From a virus (Duplodnaviria > Caudoviricetes): a stretch of 64,000 nt of DNA. Below, piece by piece: positions 44,230 to 53,848 of this stretch. The stretch covers positions 8,097 through 72,096 of the IMG/VR virus record IMGVR_UViG_3300011008_000041. One strand, given 5' to 3'. The translations under genes and the position numbers were made by a program. Below the pieces are notes generated by a model. The model made no database searches. It was given only the letters and a program-made list of their open reading frames with translations, and was not told where the DNA came from. Within the stretch, counting starts at the first letter, position 1. Every line of letters begins with the position of its first letter.

Positions 44230-45960
44230 TCACGACAGCTTTATCACGGTTGTCAGTTGTTTATCTTCCGGGATATACGTCGGGTGTTTACGCAAATACT
44301 CGGTATGAGCGTCTAAAAACGCCGCAAAACCGTCAATTTTGCGATATTTTGACTGTTTTGTGGGCAAATAGGTCGCATTTGCCGACCTTTTCGTGAGTTT
44401 CACGTTGCCCAGATACCAGTTGAACATGGCGTTATTGTTGTGGATGATCTTTCCGTCCAGAAAACGCTCTTTGAGGTTATCCAGCGGCGCGGTCAGAGTA
44501 AGCTCGCCCTGCCGGACTTCATTCATAACGAATCCCGTTTCTTTCATTTTCTGAACCATCATGAACGCCTTTGCCGGGTCATAGCCGATAGAGTCAATGC
44601 GGTAGATTTTCCGCATATCCTCAAACCACTGATAGACGAGCATGTAATCCACATATTCGCCCTCGCAGATCGTGAGCAGATCTTTCTTCACAAGCGTCTG
44701 CCAATCTAGCTTTTCGTGATCGATCTCGACCTTCTTTTGAGGCACCCAAGTGTGCTCCAAAACGAAAAAATAGTTGTCTCGAAGGGGGAATTCGAGGCAT
44801 GCGGAGGTAAAATCCTCGGTTTCTGCGAGGTCAAAGCCCCCGTAGCAGAGCTCTCCGCGCAGCGATTCGATGTCGATTTCCTTATTGTTCTTCCTTATCG
44901 TTTTGACGTCGAGGAAAGAAAGTTCATCGACCATCGTAAACACATTGAGTTGCTTGTTGATGAAGTTGGAGCGTTCGGCAGGAATGGACTTCACCCGCTC
45001 CCACTCGTCAATCAGATCATCCAGATCAAGGAGAGCGCCAAGGGATGGGTTGGCCTTGGCCCAGCAACTTGTATCATTCGGATCGTCATCCTCGTCGATC
45101 TCGTCGATATATACGAACATTCGATCTGCGGCTCTCTGCGAAATAGCGCCTGTATCGTCCAAAATCTGGCTTCCAAGCACGTAAAAGTCCATCAAAGGGC
45201 CGTCTATGACCGTTCCGAGGGTCGAAATATAGATAATCAAGGGCTGTTTTCGCTTTTTCAGCTTGCCCTTGATGACGTTTATGAGCTTGTAGTCCCGAAA
45301 CTCGTGGATCTCGTCGAACACGCCGATGTGCACGTTGCGCCCGTCGAGGTTTTTGCTTTCCGAAGACAGCGGTTCAAACTTGGAATTCTTGAAGTACATT
45401 CCGTCGCGCCGAACCTCAATGTGCTTCGAGAGGATCTTACTCCCGGATACCTGTGCGGAGCATTCATCAAAAATGATGCGGGCCTGTTCACGGGAGTTCG
45501 CGAGACAATAGATCTCTGCGCCTCTCTCGCCGTCCTTTGTGAGTCCGTATGAACCGTTTCCGGCGATCATAGTGCTCTTTCCGTTGCCTTGTCCGACCAG
45601 AATCAGGGCCTCCCGGAAGCGCCGATAGCCTGTTTTTCGCGAAATCCAACCATAGAGATTGGCTTCCACGAAGTGTTGCCATGGCAAAAGCTCCATGCGG
45701 CTGTAAGCACCTTTTGTCGGCGTCAAAAACCGCTCCATGAAATCAATGGGGCGGTAGGCTTTTTCGATGTCAAATTCCCAGGGGTATTGAGGGTCAGTCG
45801 CCGACTTTTCCAGCTCGTTCACAAATCTTATGCAGGATTGTTGGCGTTTCTTGCCGGACACGATTTTCCCGTCAAGAACGTCAACGCAAAACTGGAACGC
45901 TTTGGACGCCTGAATGATACTCGCGATATGGAGTTCCGGGTATAGTTCCTTAAAAGACAT
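44230..45960 (-). CDS. terminase large subunit
   Basis: GQGNGKST Walker A, VFDEIHE, WAKANPSLG, GYDP, KIDG. Confidence 0.95.
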   Translation of the reverse strand: MSFKELYPELHIASIIQASKAFQFCVDVLDGKIVSGKKRQQSCIRFVNELEKSATDPQYPWEFDIEKAYRPIDFMERFLTPTKGAYSRMELLPWQHFVEANLYGWISRKTGYRRFREALILVGQGNGKSTMIAGNGSYGLTKDGERGAEIYCLANSREQARIIFDECSAQVSGSKILSKHIEVRRDGMYFKNSKFEPLSSESKNLDGRNVHIGVFDEIHEFRDYKLINVIKGKLKKRKQPLIIYISTLGTVIDGPLMDFYVLGSQILDDTGAISQRAADRMFVYIDEIDEDDDPNDTSCWAKANPSLGALLDLDDLIDEWERVKSIPAERSNFINKQLNVFTMVDELSFLDVKTIRKNNKEIDIESLRGELCYGGFDLAETEDFTSACLEFPLRDNYFFVLEHTWVPQKKVEIDHEKLDWQTLVKKDLLTICEGEYVDYMLVYQWFEDMRKIYRIDSIGYDPAKAFMMVQKMKETGFVMNEVRQGELTLTAPLDNLKERFLDGKIIHNNNAMFNWYLGNVKLTKRSANATYLPTKQSKYRKIDGFAAFLDAHTEYLRKHPTYIPEDKQLTTVIKLS

Positions 45961-46312
45961 CGAATTCATCCCCCTCGTCGCCATCATTGGACAGCGGCTG
46001 GACGATGTATCTGAGCAAAAGCTGGGCTGTCCGGTCTGCTGCCGCCGCCGTTGCGTTGTAGGCGTTCACGGCAGGGTGGACATAGATGTTCTGACGGCCC
46101 TTGACGTACTCTTTCGTCACCATGAGGCCGTCTTCGCTTATGGATTTCTGGAGCTCGGCAAGGTGGCCTATCAGCTCCTGATACCGTTTGAACGCCGTCA
46201 CGAACATGAAACTGTGCTCCACACCTTTGGCGGTTGCCTTTTCAAGGATTTCCATCGCCTGAGCGTTGAGGTCCACCCGGATTACGTTCTGCTTTTCCTT
46301 TGCCACACTCAC
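45950..46312 (-). CDS. terminase small subunit (P27 type)
   Basis: EDGLMV...HPAV; upstream of terL. Confidence 0.85.
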   Translation of the reverse strand: MSVAKEKQNVIRVDLNAQAMEILEKATAKGVEHSFMFVTAFKRYQELIGHLAELQKSISEDGLMVTKEYVKGRQNIYVHPAVNAYNATAAAADRTAQLLLRYIVQPLSNDGDEGDEFDVF

Positions 46313-46462
46313 AACCTCCTTTCCAAAAAAACGTTACGCATAACTCGCGGTGAAAAGGTATAAGGGCGCGCGGTTACATACGGCCCCTGTTTCGGCTCGA
46401 AGGGTAGGGGGGTATCATCGCCCGACAAGGCCGGGCACCCCATCCGATCGTGATGATGACAA
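46313..46462. other. probable cos region
   Basis: Non-coding gap between HNH and terS containing the tacccccc motif (minus strand) usual at HK97-type cos ends. Confidence 0.45.
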
Positions 46463-46825
46463 TCAATCGAGCTCGCTGCCATCAGTGATCTTGATGACCT
46501 TCACTCCTGACGGAACGCTCACAGACTTCCGTCCGTGAGACTTCGTCTGCTCATGACAATCCCAACAAAGCGATTGAAGGTTCGAGAGATCCAACGCAAG
46601 AGAAGGAAAGTCTTCAAGTGGTTGAATGTGATGAACTTCTGTCGCTTTCGTGAACCGATGGTTTTTCAGACAGGCTTGGCAGAGGTAATGATCACGCTGG
46701 AGGGCCATCTGCCGAATCCGTCGCCATGCGCTTGTGTGATAAAAGCCCTGGCTTTTTAGGCTATCCTTTTTCCCCTCCCCCGTTTTTAGGGCCGGGTGAT
46801 AGCCAGGGCGTTTTTCAGTGGCCAT
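46463..46825 (-). CDS. HNH endonuclease (terminase-associated)
   Basis: RDHYLCQAC, EVHHI, LQSLCWDCH. Confidence 0.9.
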   Translation of the reverse strand: MATEKRPGYHPALKTGEGKKDSLKSQGFYHTSAWRRIRQMALQRDHYLCQACLKNHRFTKATEVHHIQPLEDFPSLALDLSNLQSLCWDCHEQTKSHGRKSVSVPSGVKVIKITDGSELD

Positions 46826-47150
46826 ATTTATTTTTGCGGCGCGTCTTCTCCCACTGGTCGAACTTGTCCCGCGTCACGGTATCCCTCACGCATGAGGCCT
46901 TGCCGCACCCCTTATACCCGGCATGACAAATACAGACGGTGCGTCCTTTCCTTACGTCGATGTATACAGGGATTTTCTCAGTGGTCTGCACAGCGCCGTC
47001 CTCCTCTCGTGGTGGATATAATAAATGCCGGACTTTCACCGGCGCGGTTTGTCGCATCTCAACGCAGTATTGCGCAGCCGCCGTGGAGCGTATTTTCAGG
47101 AGGTGCCTACACGTTCTTATAGACCACTGCCCGGCTATACCCGGTGACAT
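46815..47150 (-). CDS. small Cys-rich hypothetical protein
   Basis: ORF; true start uncertain. Confidence 0.4.
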   Translation of the reverse strand: MSPGIAGQWSIRTCRHLLKIRSTAAAQYCVEMRQTAPVKVRHLLYPPREEDGAVQTTEKIPVYIDVRKGRTVCICHAGYKGCGKASCVRDTVTRDKFDQWEKTRRKNKYGH

Positions 47151-47634
47151 CTTCTGTCATCAGCGCGAGGAACTCCTCACGGGTGAAGCCGGACAGTCGG
47201 AACACTTCCTCTGGTCTCATGCCGAGCTGCTTGCCGATCTCCTGCACAGACTTCCCCTCGTCGAGGAGCTTTTTTACGATGGCCTTCATCGGCTCCAAGA
47301 GGTGCTGCCCCCTTGCGCGATTATGGGTAATCGTGCCGTACACGTCGGCGCTTTCGTCGCCGGCGTGGTCTACCACGACAACGGGAACCTTGCCGCCCAG
47401 CATAGAAAGAAGCGGCTCCCTGCCGCTGACTGTCCAGCGGTGGAAGCCGTCGATGATGGTATAATCAGGGCGCACCACAATGGGAAGCGTCCAGCCGTTG
47501 GTGAGAATGGATTGTGTGAGGAGCTTCAAGTTCTCCTCGCTGACCTTGTTCGGGTTATATGAATTGGGTATGACCTTGTCACGATCCACCCACTGCAACG
47601 ACGCCAGCGGCGCGAAGATGTTCATGTCAGCCAT
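47107..47634 (-). CDS. ParB/Srx-like (IbrB-like) protein
   Basis: PNSYNPNKV, IIDGFHRW, TITHNRARG. Confidence 0.85.
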   Translation of the reverse strand: MADMNIFAPLASLQWVDRDKVIPNSYNPNKVSEENLKLLTQSILTNGWTLPIVVRPDYTIIDGFHRWTVSGREPLLSMLGGKVPVVVVDHAGDESADVYGTITHNRARGQHLLEPMKAIVKKLLDEGKSVQEIGKQLGMRPEEVFRLSGFTREEFLALMTEDVTGYSRAVVYKNV

Positions 47635-48769
47635 GAGCGTTCTCCTTCCGCGCCTGATCCGCGTAGTCGTTGAAGATGGTGGAGAACAGGATGCGGTACA
47701 CCCTCAGCTTCGGATCACCGTACAGCACGCCCTCGTACATCTTCCGATATATGTCGTTGCCGGCGATGCCATAGCTTTTGATAAACAGTCGCCGCCACAG
47801 GTTGATTTTTTTGCGGGTGTCGCTCGGAATTGTGTACCGTTCGGGGTGTAGGAAAAGAAGATCCTCGCACATGGCGCGGTAATCCTTCTGCGGCTCGCCG
47901 CTCTCCAACTCCCGCCGCTTCTCAGAGGTGCGCCGGAACATTTCACTGTCCCAGTACAGCAGCACAAGATAAGCGTTCGGCTCCCTTCGTTCGATCCTCT
48001 GCCAAAGGTCGTTGTCCGTCTCGGCGATCCACCGCAACCCCTGCGTAGACATATCCCCGAAGAAACAGCAAAGGCGTAGTTGGCGCTTTGAAACGCCTGC
48101 CTCATATAACCTCATGTAGATTTCAGGGAACGCAAGCCCTCGCTCCTTGATGTAGAGCCAGACGTCATTGTCCTTCCAGTCGTAGATCGGATAAAAAGGA
48201 CCGCCCGGACGAATGTGCTGCATATCCATCCGTGCGACCGCTTTCAGCCTCGTGAGGCTTTCCGCCGTCCGCAGGCCGATCATCTGAATGCCGTCGTCAA
48301 AAGCAATCCGGCAAAACGTCTGGTAGTTCATCTGACCAGGATATTTCAGCGTATCACTCTGCATGATGGCGAAAGGCGGCGGCTCGCGCATCCACACGTC
48401 CTCCTTGCCCGGTTCCCAGGTGATCCAGCTCTCGGACGCGGACAGATGGTTGATCACGCACACCTGTTTGAACGGTAGGCAGAACCAAAGAAACTCGGCT
48501 CCGATGGACAGGAATTTCTTTCGCCAGCGCAGCGCCGCCTCGACCATCGAGGGGTACAGCCCTTCCTCGTCAATGAATATGACGGTCAGACGCTTCGGGT
48601 CGATCTCCCCGACGACAGCCAGGTCATAGGTGAGGCTGGACAGCACAAGCGAATCCTTCCCTGCGGAAAAGCTCAGGTAGACCTTGCACCCATTGGAGAA
48701 AACGTTCCGGATCCGGATTTTCGCCGCGTCCAGAACGTTCATAGTGCTCTCAAGTTTTTTCACCGGCAT
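47627..48769 (-). CDS. PAPS-reductase-family PP-loop protein (IbrA-like)
   Basis: SFSAGKDS, IGLRTAESLTR, YPIYDWKDNDVW. Confidence 0.85.
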   Translation of the reverse strand: MPVKKLESTMNVLDAAKIRIRNVFSNGCKVYLSFSAGKDSLVLSSLTYDLAVVGEIDPKRLTVIFIDEEGLYPSMVEAALRWRKKFLSIGAEFLWFCLPFKQVCVINHLSASESWITWEPGKEDVWMREPPPFAIMQSDTLKYPGQMNYQTFCRIAFDDGIQMIGLRTAESLTRLKAVARMDMQHIRPGGPFYPIYDWKDNDVWLYIKERGLAFPEIYMRLYEAGVSKRQLRLCCFFGDMSTQGLRWIAETDNDLWQRIERREPNAYLVLLYWDSEMFRRTSEKRRELESGEPQKDYRAMCEDLLFLHPERYTIPSDTRKKINLWRRLFIKSYGIAGNDIYRKMYEGVLYGDPKLRVYRILFSTIFNDYADQARKENAHG

Positions 48770-48770
48770 A

Positions 48771-49421
48771 TCAGACGCCTCCCAATAAGATGCGTTCTCC
48801 GCACCTCGGGCAAATGACATACCGTCCGGTCGGTTCGTCTTCCGGCCCGTTTCCGGCGTTTCCCTCGTGTTTTTCCCCGGTGATAGGGTTCGATATGGGT
48901 GCGGGTGGGGAATACGCAGGAACACCCGTTGCAACGCCCTCTGTATGGTTTTCGGGCGGTCTGGCCTGTATCCGTTCTACCTCATCCGGTTCAAACGAGC
49001 CGTAACCACTGATATAGTCATCCACTTCCGTGAATGACATGGACAGCATTTCCAGCATGGAGGAGTCGTAACCAGGGATATCGAAATCCGTACCAAGATC
49101 CTTCAAGATATCCTCAAAGGCGTCCGTGTCAGTGATCCCCAGTTCGAACACTTTGTTGTCCGCCAGCATGAGCTTTTTCTTCTGCGCTTCCGTCAGCCCG
49201 GAGACGACATAGCACTCTGCTGTATCTCGCCCCATTCGGACAAGGGCATCATACAGTCCGTTTCCCGCAATGATCTCCCCGGCCTCATCCACCACCAGCG
49301 GACGTATCTGACCGAACATTTCCAGCGAGCGGACGTACTCCTCCAACTGCTTGGCGGTGTGGAGGCGGACATTCTTCTCGGGCTTTCGCAGCTCCGAGAG
49401 CTTCTTCACCGTGATCTTCAT
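48771..49421 (-). CDS. ParB N-terminal-domain protein with C-terminal Zn ribbon
   Basis: NVRLH, IIAGNG, LADNK, ICPRCG. Confidence 0.85.
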   Translation of the reverse strand: MKITVKKLSELRKPEKNVRLHTAKQLEEYVRSLEMFGQIRPLVVDEAGEIIAGNGLYDALVRMGRDTAECYVVSGLTEAQKKKLMLADNKVFELGITDTDAFEDILKDLGTDFDIPGYDSSMLEMLSMSFTEVDDYISGYGSFEPDEVERIQARPPENHTEGVATGVPAYSPPAPISNPITGEKHEGNAGNGPEDEPTGRYVICPRCGERILLGGV

Positions 49422-50200
49422 GCGCCCACCTCCTGCAGGAAGTGACGCGCAGAGGGAATGTGCTTTGCCGCCTCGATGATGATTGAAGGATCGATGTCGT
49501 ATACTTCCCGATACCCCTGATCGAGCGTATCGCAATAATCCCGCTCCGGCCATGCGTGGGTGCCCTGGACATATCCGTCCTTCCACCCGTAAATCGGCGG
49601 GAGCGCCAGATCGTGGTAATGGATATAGCCAAGCAATGCCTCGTGCGGCCAATCGTACAAAGGATTGAACCGAACCTCACCGGATTTCTTGCGGATAAAA
49701 CCTTCTGCTCCGCACACGTTCCCATCAATGACTCGATGTCCCAGAACCAGGATATCGAGGCCATTGCCGAAGAACATTTCTGTAAACGGACCCCTCTGGC
49801 TGATCTGGTGCCAGCGCTGCCCGACGAGGCCAGTCGCAAAAATAAGCTCCTGGTGCTTGGCGAGCCATTCCAGGTCGTACCCTGTGTGCATCATCTTCAC
49901 GCCATCAGGCTTATTCGCATTCACCCAGCGGATGAATTCAGGATAATCCAGATCGCAGTATGCAAAATAGCCCTCGGAGACACCCTGCTTTTCGAGGATG
50001 TCCGCGAGGACTATACTATCTTTCCCGCCCGACCACGCATAAGCGGCTTTTTTTCCGGCGCACACCTTTCGGATACGCTCCGCTGCCTGCGCCGCGAATA
50101 TCTCCACCTCTTCCGGGGAGATCAGCTCCTCTATGTGCTCCACAGCATCCAGCCAGTCGGCATTTGAGCTGGAATGCTTTCGGCCAAGAACCTTTTTCAT
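49418..50200 (-). CDS. second PAPS-reductase-family PP-loop protein
   Basis: AWSGGKDS, NPLYDW. Confidence 0.75.
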   Translation of the reverse strand: MKKVLGRKHSSSNADWLDAVEHIEELISPEEVEIFAAQAAERIRKVCAGKKAAYAWSGGKDSIVLADILEKQGVSEGYFAYCDLDYPEFIRWVNANKPDGVKMMHTGYDLEWLAKHQELIFATGLVGQRWHQISQRGPFTEMFFGNGLDILVLGHRVIDGNVCGAEGFIRKKSGEVRFNPLYDWPHEALLGYIHYHDLALPPIYGWKDGYVQGTHAWPERDYCDTLDQGYREVYDIDPSIIIEAAKHIPSARHFLQEVGA

Positions 50201-51195
50201 GCCGCCGCCCTCCGTTTCTCAACGAAGTGCCATATCAGCGCGGCAATAATGGCGCCGGCCACAAAGTATATGCGCACCGAGGCCATGAGCGTCCACATCC
50301 CCATCACGCCCAGCGGGATGAGGAACTGCCATCCGAGGATCAGACCGCCGTTTACGGCGAGCCCAGCTTTTTTCCCAAACGCGATGTAGATCGAGTACAT
50401 GGAGCTGGAGAGCGTCGATGTGCCGATGATGGTGATGAGGATGGCCTTGAGCGTGTTCAGAAAGGGAGTGAACTGCACCCAGGCCAGCAGGAAGGTGATG
50501 AGCATATACACACCGAAGTACACGCCGCCCATCGTGAACGCTTCCTGCACATCGATCTTTTGCGTCCCGTCCTCGTTCCCGTCGTTATAGGACAGAATCT
50601 CGAAGAAGTACGGGTAGGTGAAAGGACCCGGCAGAAGTAAGATCGCTTTCCAGATGCCGGTTTTCAATGCGCCCTCTCCGGCGATGGCCGGGATGACTTT
50701 GAAGCTGTCCTGTGAGTGGATCGCCGCCGCCACGGTCACGCCGTAGGCGAGGATATACACGATAATCCAGCCGAAACCATCTGTCAGCACGTTCCGTATC
50801 ATTCCCCGCTTGATCAGGATGACCAGGAACAGTACCGCCAGCGTGTAGGCGACAATGGTGCCGCCGAGGGAGCCGATGGGCGTGTCCGCAAACACCGACT
50901 GCATACCGTTCATGCTGAGCCACGCCTGGAACACGCACATGATGGCGCAGATCCATTTCATGATCCTGGTGTTGAATACCTCGCGCACCTTCGGGATCTT
51001 CATTGCCACCGCGCCGAACAGGATACAGGCGAGCACATTGCCCAGCACCCAAATCGCGGAGGGCACAAAGCCGTAGGTCTGCGTCATGGTGACGCCGTTC
51101 ATCAGCGAGCCGATGCCGGCCCACGTCGCACAGATGGAGAGCGCGTAATAGATCTTCGGGTCTTCCCGGAATCTCGTTTTAATCTTTGAAAACAC
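50197..51195 (-). CDS. multi-pass membrane transporter-like protein (solute symporter-like)
   Basis: About 10 hydrophobic helices; ATWAGIGSL, STLSSSM; GTG start after AAGGAGG. Confidence 0.7.
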   Translation of the reverse strand: MFSKIKTRFREDPKIYYALSICATWAGIGSLMNGVTMTQTYGFVPSAIWVLGNVLACILFGAVAMKIPKVREVFNTRIMKWICAIMCVFQAWLSMNGMQSVFADTPIGSLGGTIVAYTLAVLFLVILIKRGMIRNVLTDGFGWIIVYILAYGVTVAAAIHSQDSFKVIPAIAGEGALKTGIWKAILLLPGPFTYPYFFEILSYNDGNEDGTQKIDVQEAFTMGGVYFGVYMLITFLLAWVQFTPFLNTLKAILITIIGTSTLSSSMYSIYIAFGKKAGLAVNGGLILGWQFLIPLGVMGMWTLMASVRIYFVAGAIIAALIWHFVEKRRAAA

Positions 51196-51444
51196 TTTTG
51201 TTTTCCTCCTTTATATGCTGGCCCATGACCGTCGTTGCGGCGAACATCGTCGGTATAGGTCGCTGATAAAACGGGTCTGCCAAGGAGTAAAACAGGCCCG
51301 GAATCCTCCTTTCTTCGGATATGCAAAACTCCCGATCTTCATAGGCCTCAGCCTCAAAGATCGGGAGTTCCGGCGTCTGATTAAAATTTTACATCTGCGA
51401 TTGTATCACGGACGTATTGACATAGCAATGAAAGGTTTTTGACA

Positions 51445-52002
51445 TCAGCCTTTCTTGATCCCATCAATGCCGAAGATCAGCGCCGCAATCCGCTCACATG
51501 CGATATCCACGTCCCGGTAAATGGTCCGTTCTGTCACAAAGTGATCATTGGCGAGCTGCCGGACGGTGGCCGCAGGTTCGTCCATATACAGTCCCTTGAT
51601 GACTTCCCACCGCCGCGATTCTTCCGGGTTGCCGCAGTTGAAACAGTATGCCTCGTACAGATGTAGCATCGTTTCCACATGGGTCACAATCGTCACCGTC
51701 CGGGCTACGGACTGTTTGATACTCTCGACAAATACCTCGCTGTCCTGCCAGCGGTCCGACATGAGATCAATGATATCATAGGCATCCTCGTCGATTTGTT
51801 CGGCGTCGTATACGGCGTTTTCTGCATGAGCCTTGAACATCCGGTAATTGCGGAGGAGGAGCTTTGTATTCCTCAGTCGGCGGTCAACTCTCTCGGTTTT
51901 TGTCCTGGTCATTTCAGCGTCAAAAGTCTTGAGGGCCGTCTTCGCGGCAACCTCAGCCGCCAACTTGATAATGTGATCCTTGTCTTCGCGTTTGTTGCTC
52001 AT
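51445..52002 (-). CDS. ArpU/RinA-like late transcription activator
   Basis: RLRNTKLLLRNYR; C-terminal HTH VTERTIYRD; last gene before the late operon. Confidence 0.75.
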   Translation of the reverse strand: MSNKREDKDHIIKLAAEVAAKTALKTFDAEMTRTKTERVDRRLRNTKLLLRNYRMFKAHAENAVYDAEQIDEDAYDIIDLMSDRWQDSEVFVESIKQSVARTVTIVTHVETMLHLYEAYCFNCGNPEESRRWEVIKGLYMDEPAATVRQLANDHFVTERTIYRDVDIACERIAALIFGIDGIKKG

Positions 52003-52216
52003 TTTCTCCTCCTTCCTCCGCATCAAAGAAATAGCACTCCTTGACGCCGCAATCAAATGTCACCTGATACCATCTGTGGGATGGATGTATGTATGTTACC
52101 GTGCCGTTCTGCAACGGTCGTAACTCGATAAAGCCTTTGGCTTTCTTTTCAGCGAGTCCGGAACCAAAGGTTTCCGGGATCATCCGAACTCGATCACCCA
52201 GCCGAATCTCCGCCAT
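51953..52216 (-). CDS. hypothetical protein
   Basis: GTVTYIHPSHRWYQVTF. Confidence 0.55.
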   Translation of the reverse strand: MAEIRLGDRVRMIPETFGSGLAEKKAKGFIELRPLQNGTVTYIHPSHRWYQVTFDCGVKECYFFDAEEGGENEQQTRRQGSHYQVGG

Positions 52217-52544
52217 TCTCCACCATCACTTTCAGACAAGTGGTTTCCTCGGCGATAGCCAGCTCGACATCAGAAGCGTTCCCGAACATGATCTCCATCT
52301 GCCGAAGCATGATATAGACCTTGGCCATTTTCTTTGTGATGTGTTCACGGTCCCCGTGCCCTCGGAGTTGCTTTGCTAGTTCTTTCGTTAGCTCAGACAT
52401 TTCCTCCATGGAAACGACAATCTGATTAGCCTGTCCAAAGCAAGTGAGCGCCGCGCAATATACACGGTCAGATGCATCCATTTCCCGACTGGCAAGAAGG
52501 CCCTCGGCGTACCCCCGCTGATAGTCCTTGGTTTCCGCTTCCAT
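52194..52544 (-). CDS. MazG-like NTP pyrophosphohydrolase family protein
   Basis: EEMSELTKEL motif. Confidence 0.6.
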   Translation of the reverse strand: MEAETKDYQRGYAEGLLASREMDASDRVYCAALTCFGQANQIVVSMEEMSELTKELAKQLRGHGDREHITKKMAKVYIMLRQMEIMFGNASDVELAIAEETTCLKVMVENGGDSAG

Positions 52545-52547
52545 GGA

Positions 52548-52760
52548 TCAGCCCTCCTGGTGTTTGGCGATTTCCTTGACCGCACCGCTCTGCTGAGGGG
52601 TCTTTCGATGGAGAAACGCCGCCATACGGCCAAAGATGTTCATGTTATGGTTATCGTAGGCCGTTCGATAGAACGCCTGGCGGCTGGACGCCTTGAACGC
52701 CGCACCCTTGATCTGCTCCGAATAGCGGGAACGCTTCTTGTGGTTCATTTTGCTGCTCAT
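52548..52760 (-). CDS. small basic hypothetical protein
   Basis: 70-aa ORF in operon. Confidence 0.5.
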   Translation of the reverse strand: MSSKMNHKKRSRYSEQIKGAAFKASSRQAFYRTAYDNHNMNIFGRMAAFLHRKTPQQSGAVKEIAKHQEG

Positions 52761-53038
52761 GATATATCCTCCGTTTCGAGATAGTTTTTTCCGAATTGGT
52801 AAATGAAATCGTCAACGCTCCAACCATGCTCTTTCATGAGCTGACGTTGGAACGTAGCTTTGAGCCAGTCGTCGGCCTCTTGGTCGAAATGGACGCCACC
52901 AGGCGGCTCGTTGTGGCAATAGTGGCAGAGATTTACAACAGCACCGTATTTCTCCGACTTCTTCCGAAGCGCCCCGTTGAAAACGTGATGCCGTTCGAGC
53001 TCGGCGTACTTTCCGCATATATAGCACTCGCCGGTCAT
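52757..53038 (-). CDS. HNH-like Zn protein
   Basis: CYICG, LERHHVF, LCHYCH. Confidence 0.7.
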   Translation of the reverse strand: MTGECYICGKYAELERHHVFNGALRKKSEKYGAVVNLCHYCHNEPPGGVHFDQEADDWLKATFQRQLMKEHGWSVDDFIYQFGKNYLETEDIS

Positions 53039-53337
53039 TGACTGTCTGCCTCACCAGTCGAATTTCTCAGACCAAGGAATTTTCGCCGGCGCTTCTCACG
53101 AGAGACTACGTTGCCGTCCTTGTCCTTGACTTCGTGTATGTACTCCTCCAGCGGGATCTTCTTCCGGCGCTCCGCCTCGACCGTATTCCATCCGCAGTGC
53201 TCGCATCCGCCTGTGCCGGATACGCACGACGGGTTCAGGCACATTACACCACCTTCGCGCTTGACCTGGGTGTGAGTGCCCTTGTGATACTCCCTGTAAT
53301 TCTTAGTCTTGGGTTCTTCCATTTCATCCTCCATCAA
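53035..53337 (-). CDS. Cys-rich hypothetical protein
   Basis: GCEHCGWN. Confidence 0.55.
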   Translation of the reverse strand: MMEDEMEEPKTKNYREYHKGTHTQVKREGGVMCLNPSCVSGTGGCEHCGWNTVEAERRKKIPLEEYIHEVKDKDGNVVSREKRRRKFLGLRNSTGEADSQ

Positions 53338-53546
53338 TGAGTAATTACGCCACCGATCGGCGTCGGGCGCTGAATGGGTGAATGAGGCTCATCATCAATT
53401 TCGATTTCCTCGAAGATCTCATTATCGGCATACAAGCCCACGGTTCTTTTGTGGTGCTTTTTCTTCCTGCCGTATTCCGTCCCGCAGTATTCGCAGACGC
53501 AACCCGTCAGCGGGGCCCCGCAGTTCACGCAGTTGGTTGTGGTCAT
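53334..53546 (-). CDS. Zn-ribbon hypothetical protein
   Basis: NCVNCGAP...CEYCG. Confidence 0.6.
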   Translation of the reverse strand: MTTTNCVNCGAPLTGCVCEYCGTEYGRKKKHHKRTVGLYADNEIFEEIEIDDEPHSPIQRPTPIGGVITH

Positions 53547-53848
53547 ATCATCACCTTCCCTGTGATCTGGATGAACTCGCGGCGAGAGTAGGGAATGCCA
53601 CGGCCACCCTTATGGTTGATATGCCTCGTGATATTCTCGATAGTGTCGTGCGTCATAAGGTCCACGGCCTTTACCGTGTCCCGGTCGCAGCAGTCGTTCC
53701 AGAGCATATAGAGCTTGTCCCCGGTGATACCGTTATCCTGCATTCTCCGGAACGCTGGTTCGGCCCTGCTCGGGGTACACACCGTGTATGCTCCGATCAT
53801 GAAGCTGATTGCTCCAGGGTTGCCCTCGCAGATAGTCAGACTTACCAT
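53543..53848 (-). CDS. conserved phage hypothetical protein
   Basis: CEGNPGA...ITGDKLYMLWNDCC. Confidence 0.6.
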   Translation of the reverse strand: MVSLTICEGNPGAISFMIGAYTVCTPSRAEPAFRRMQDNGITGDKLYMLWNDCCDRDTVKAVDLMTHDTIENITRHINHKGGRGIPYSRREFIQITGKVMI

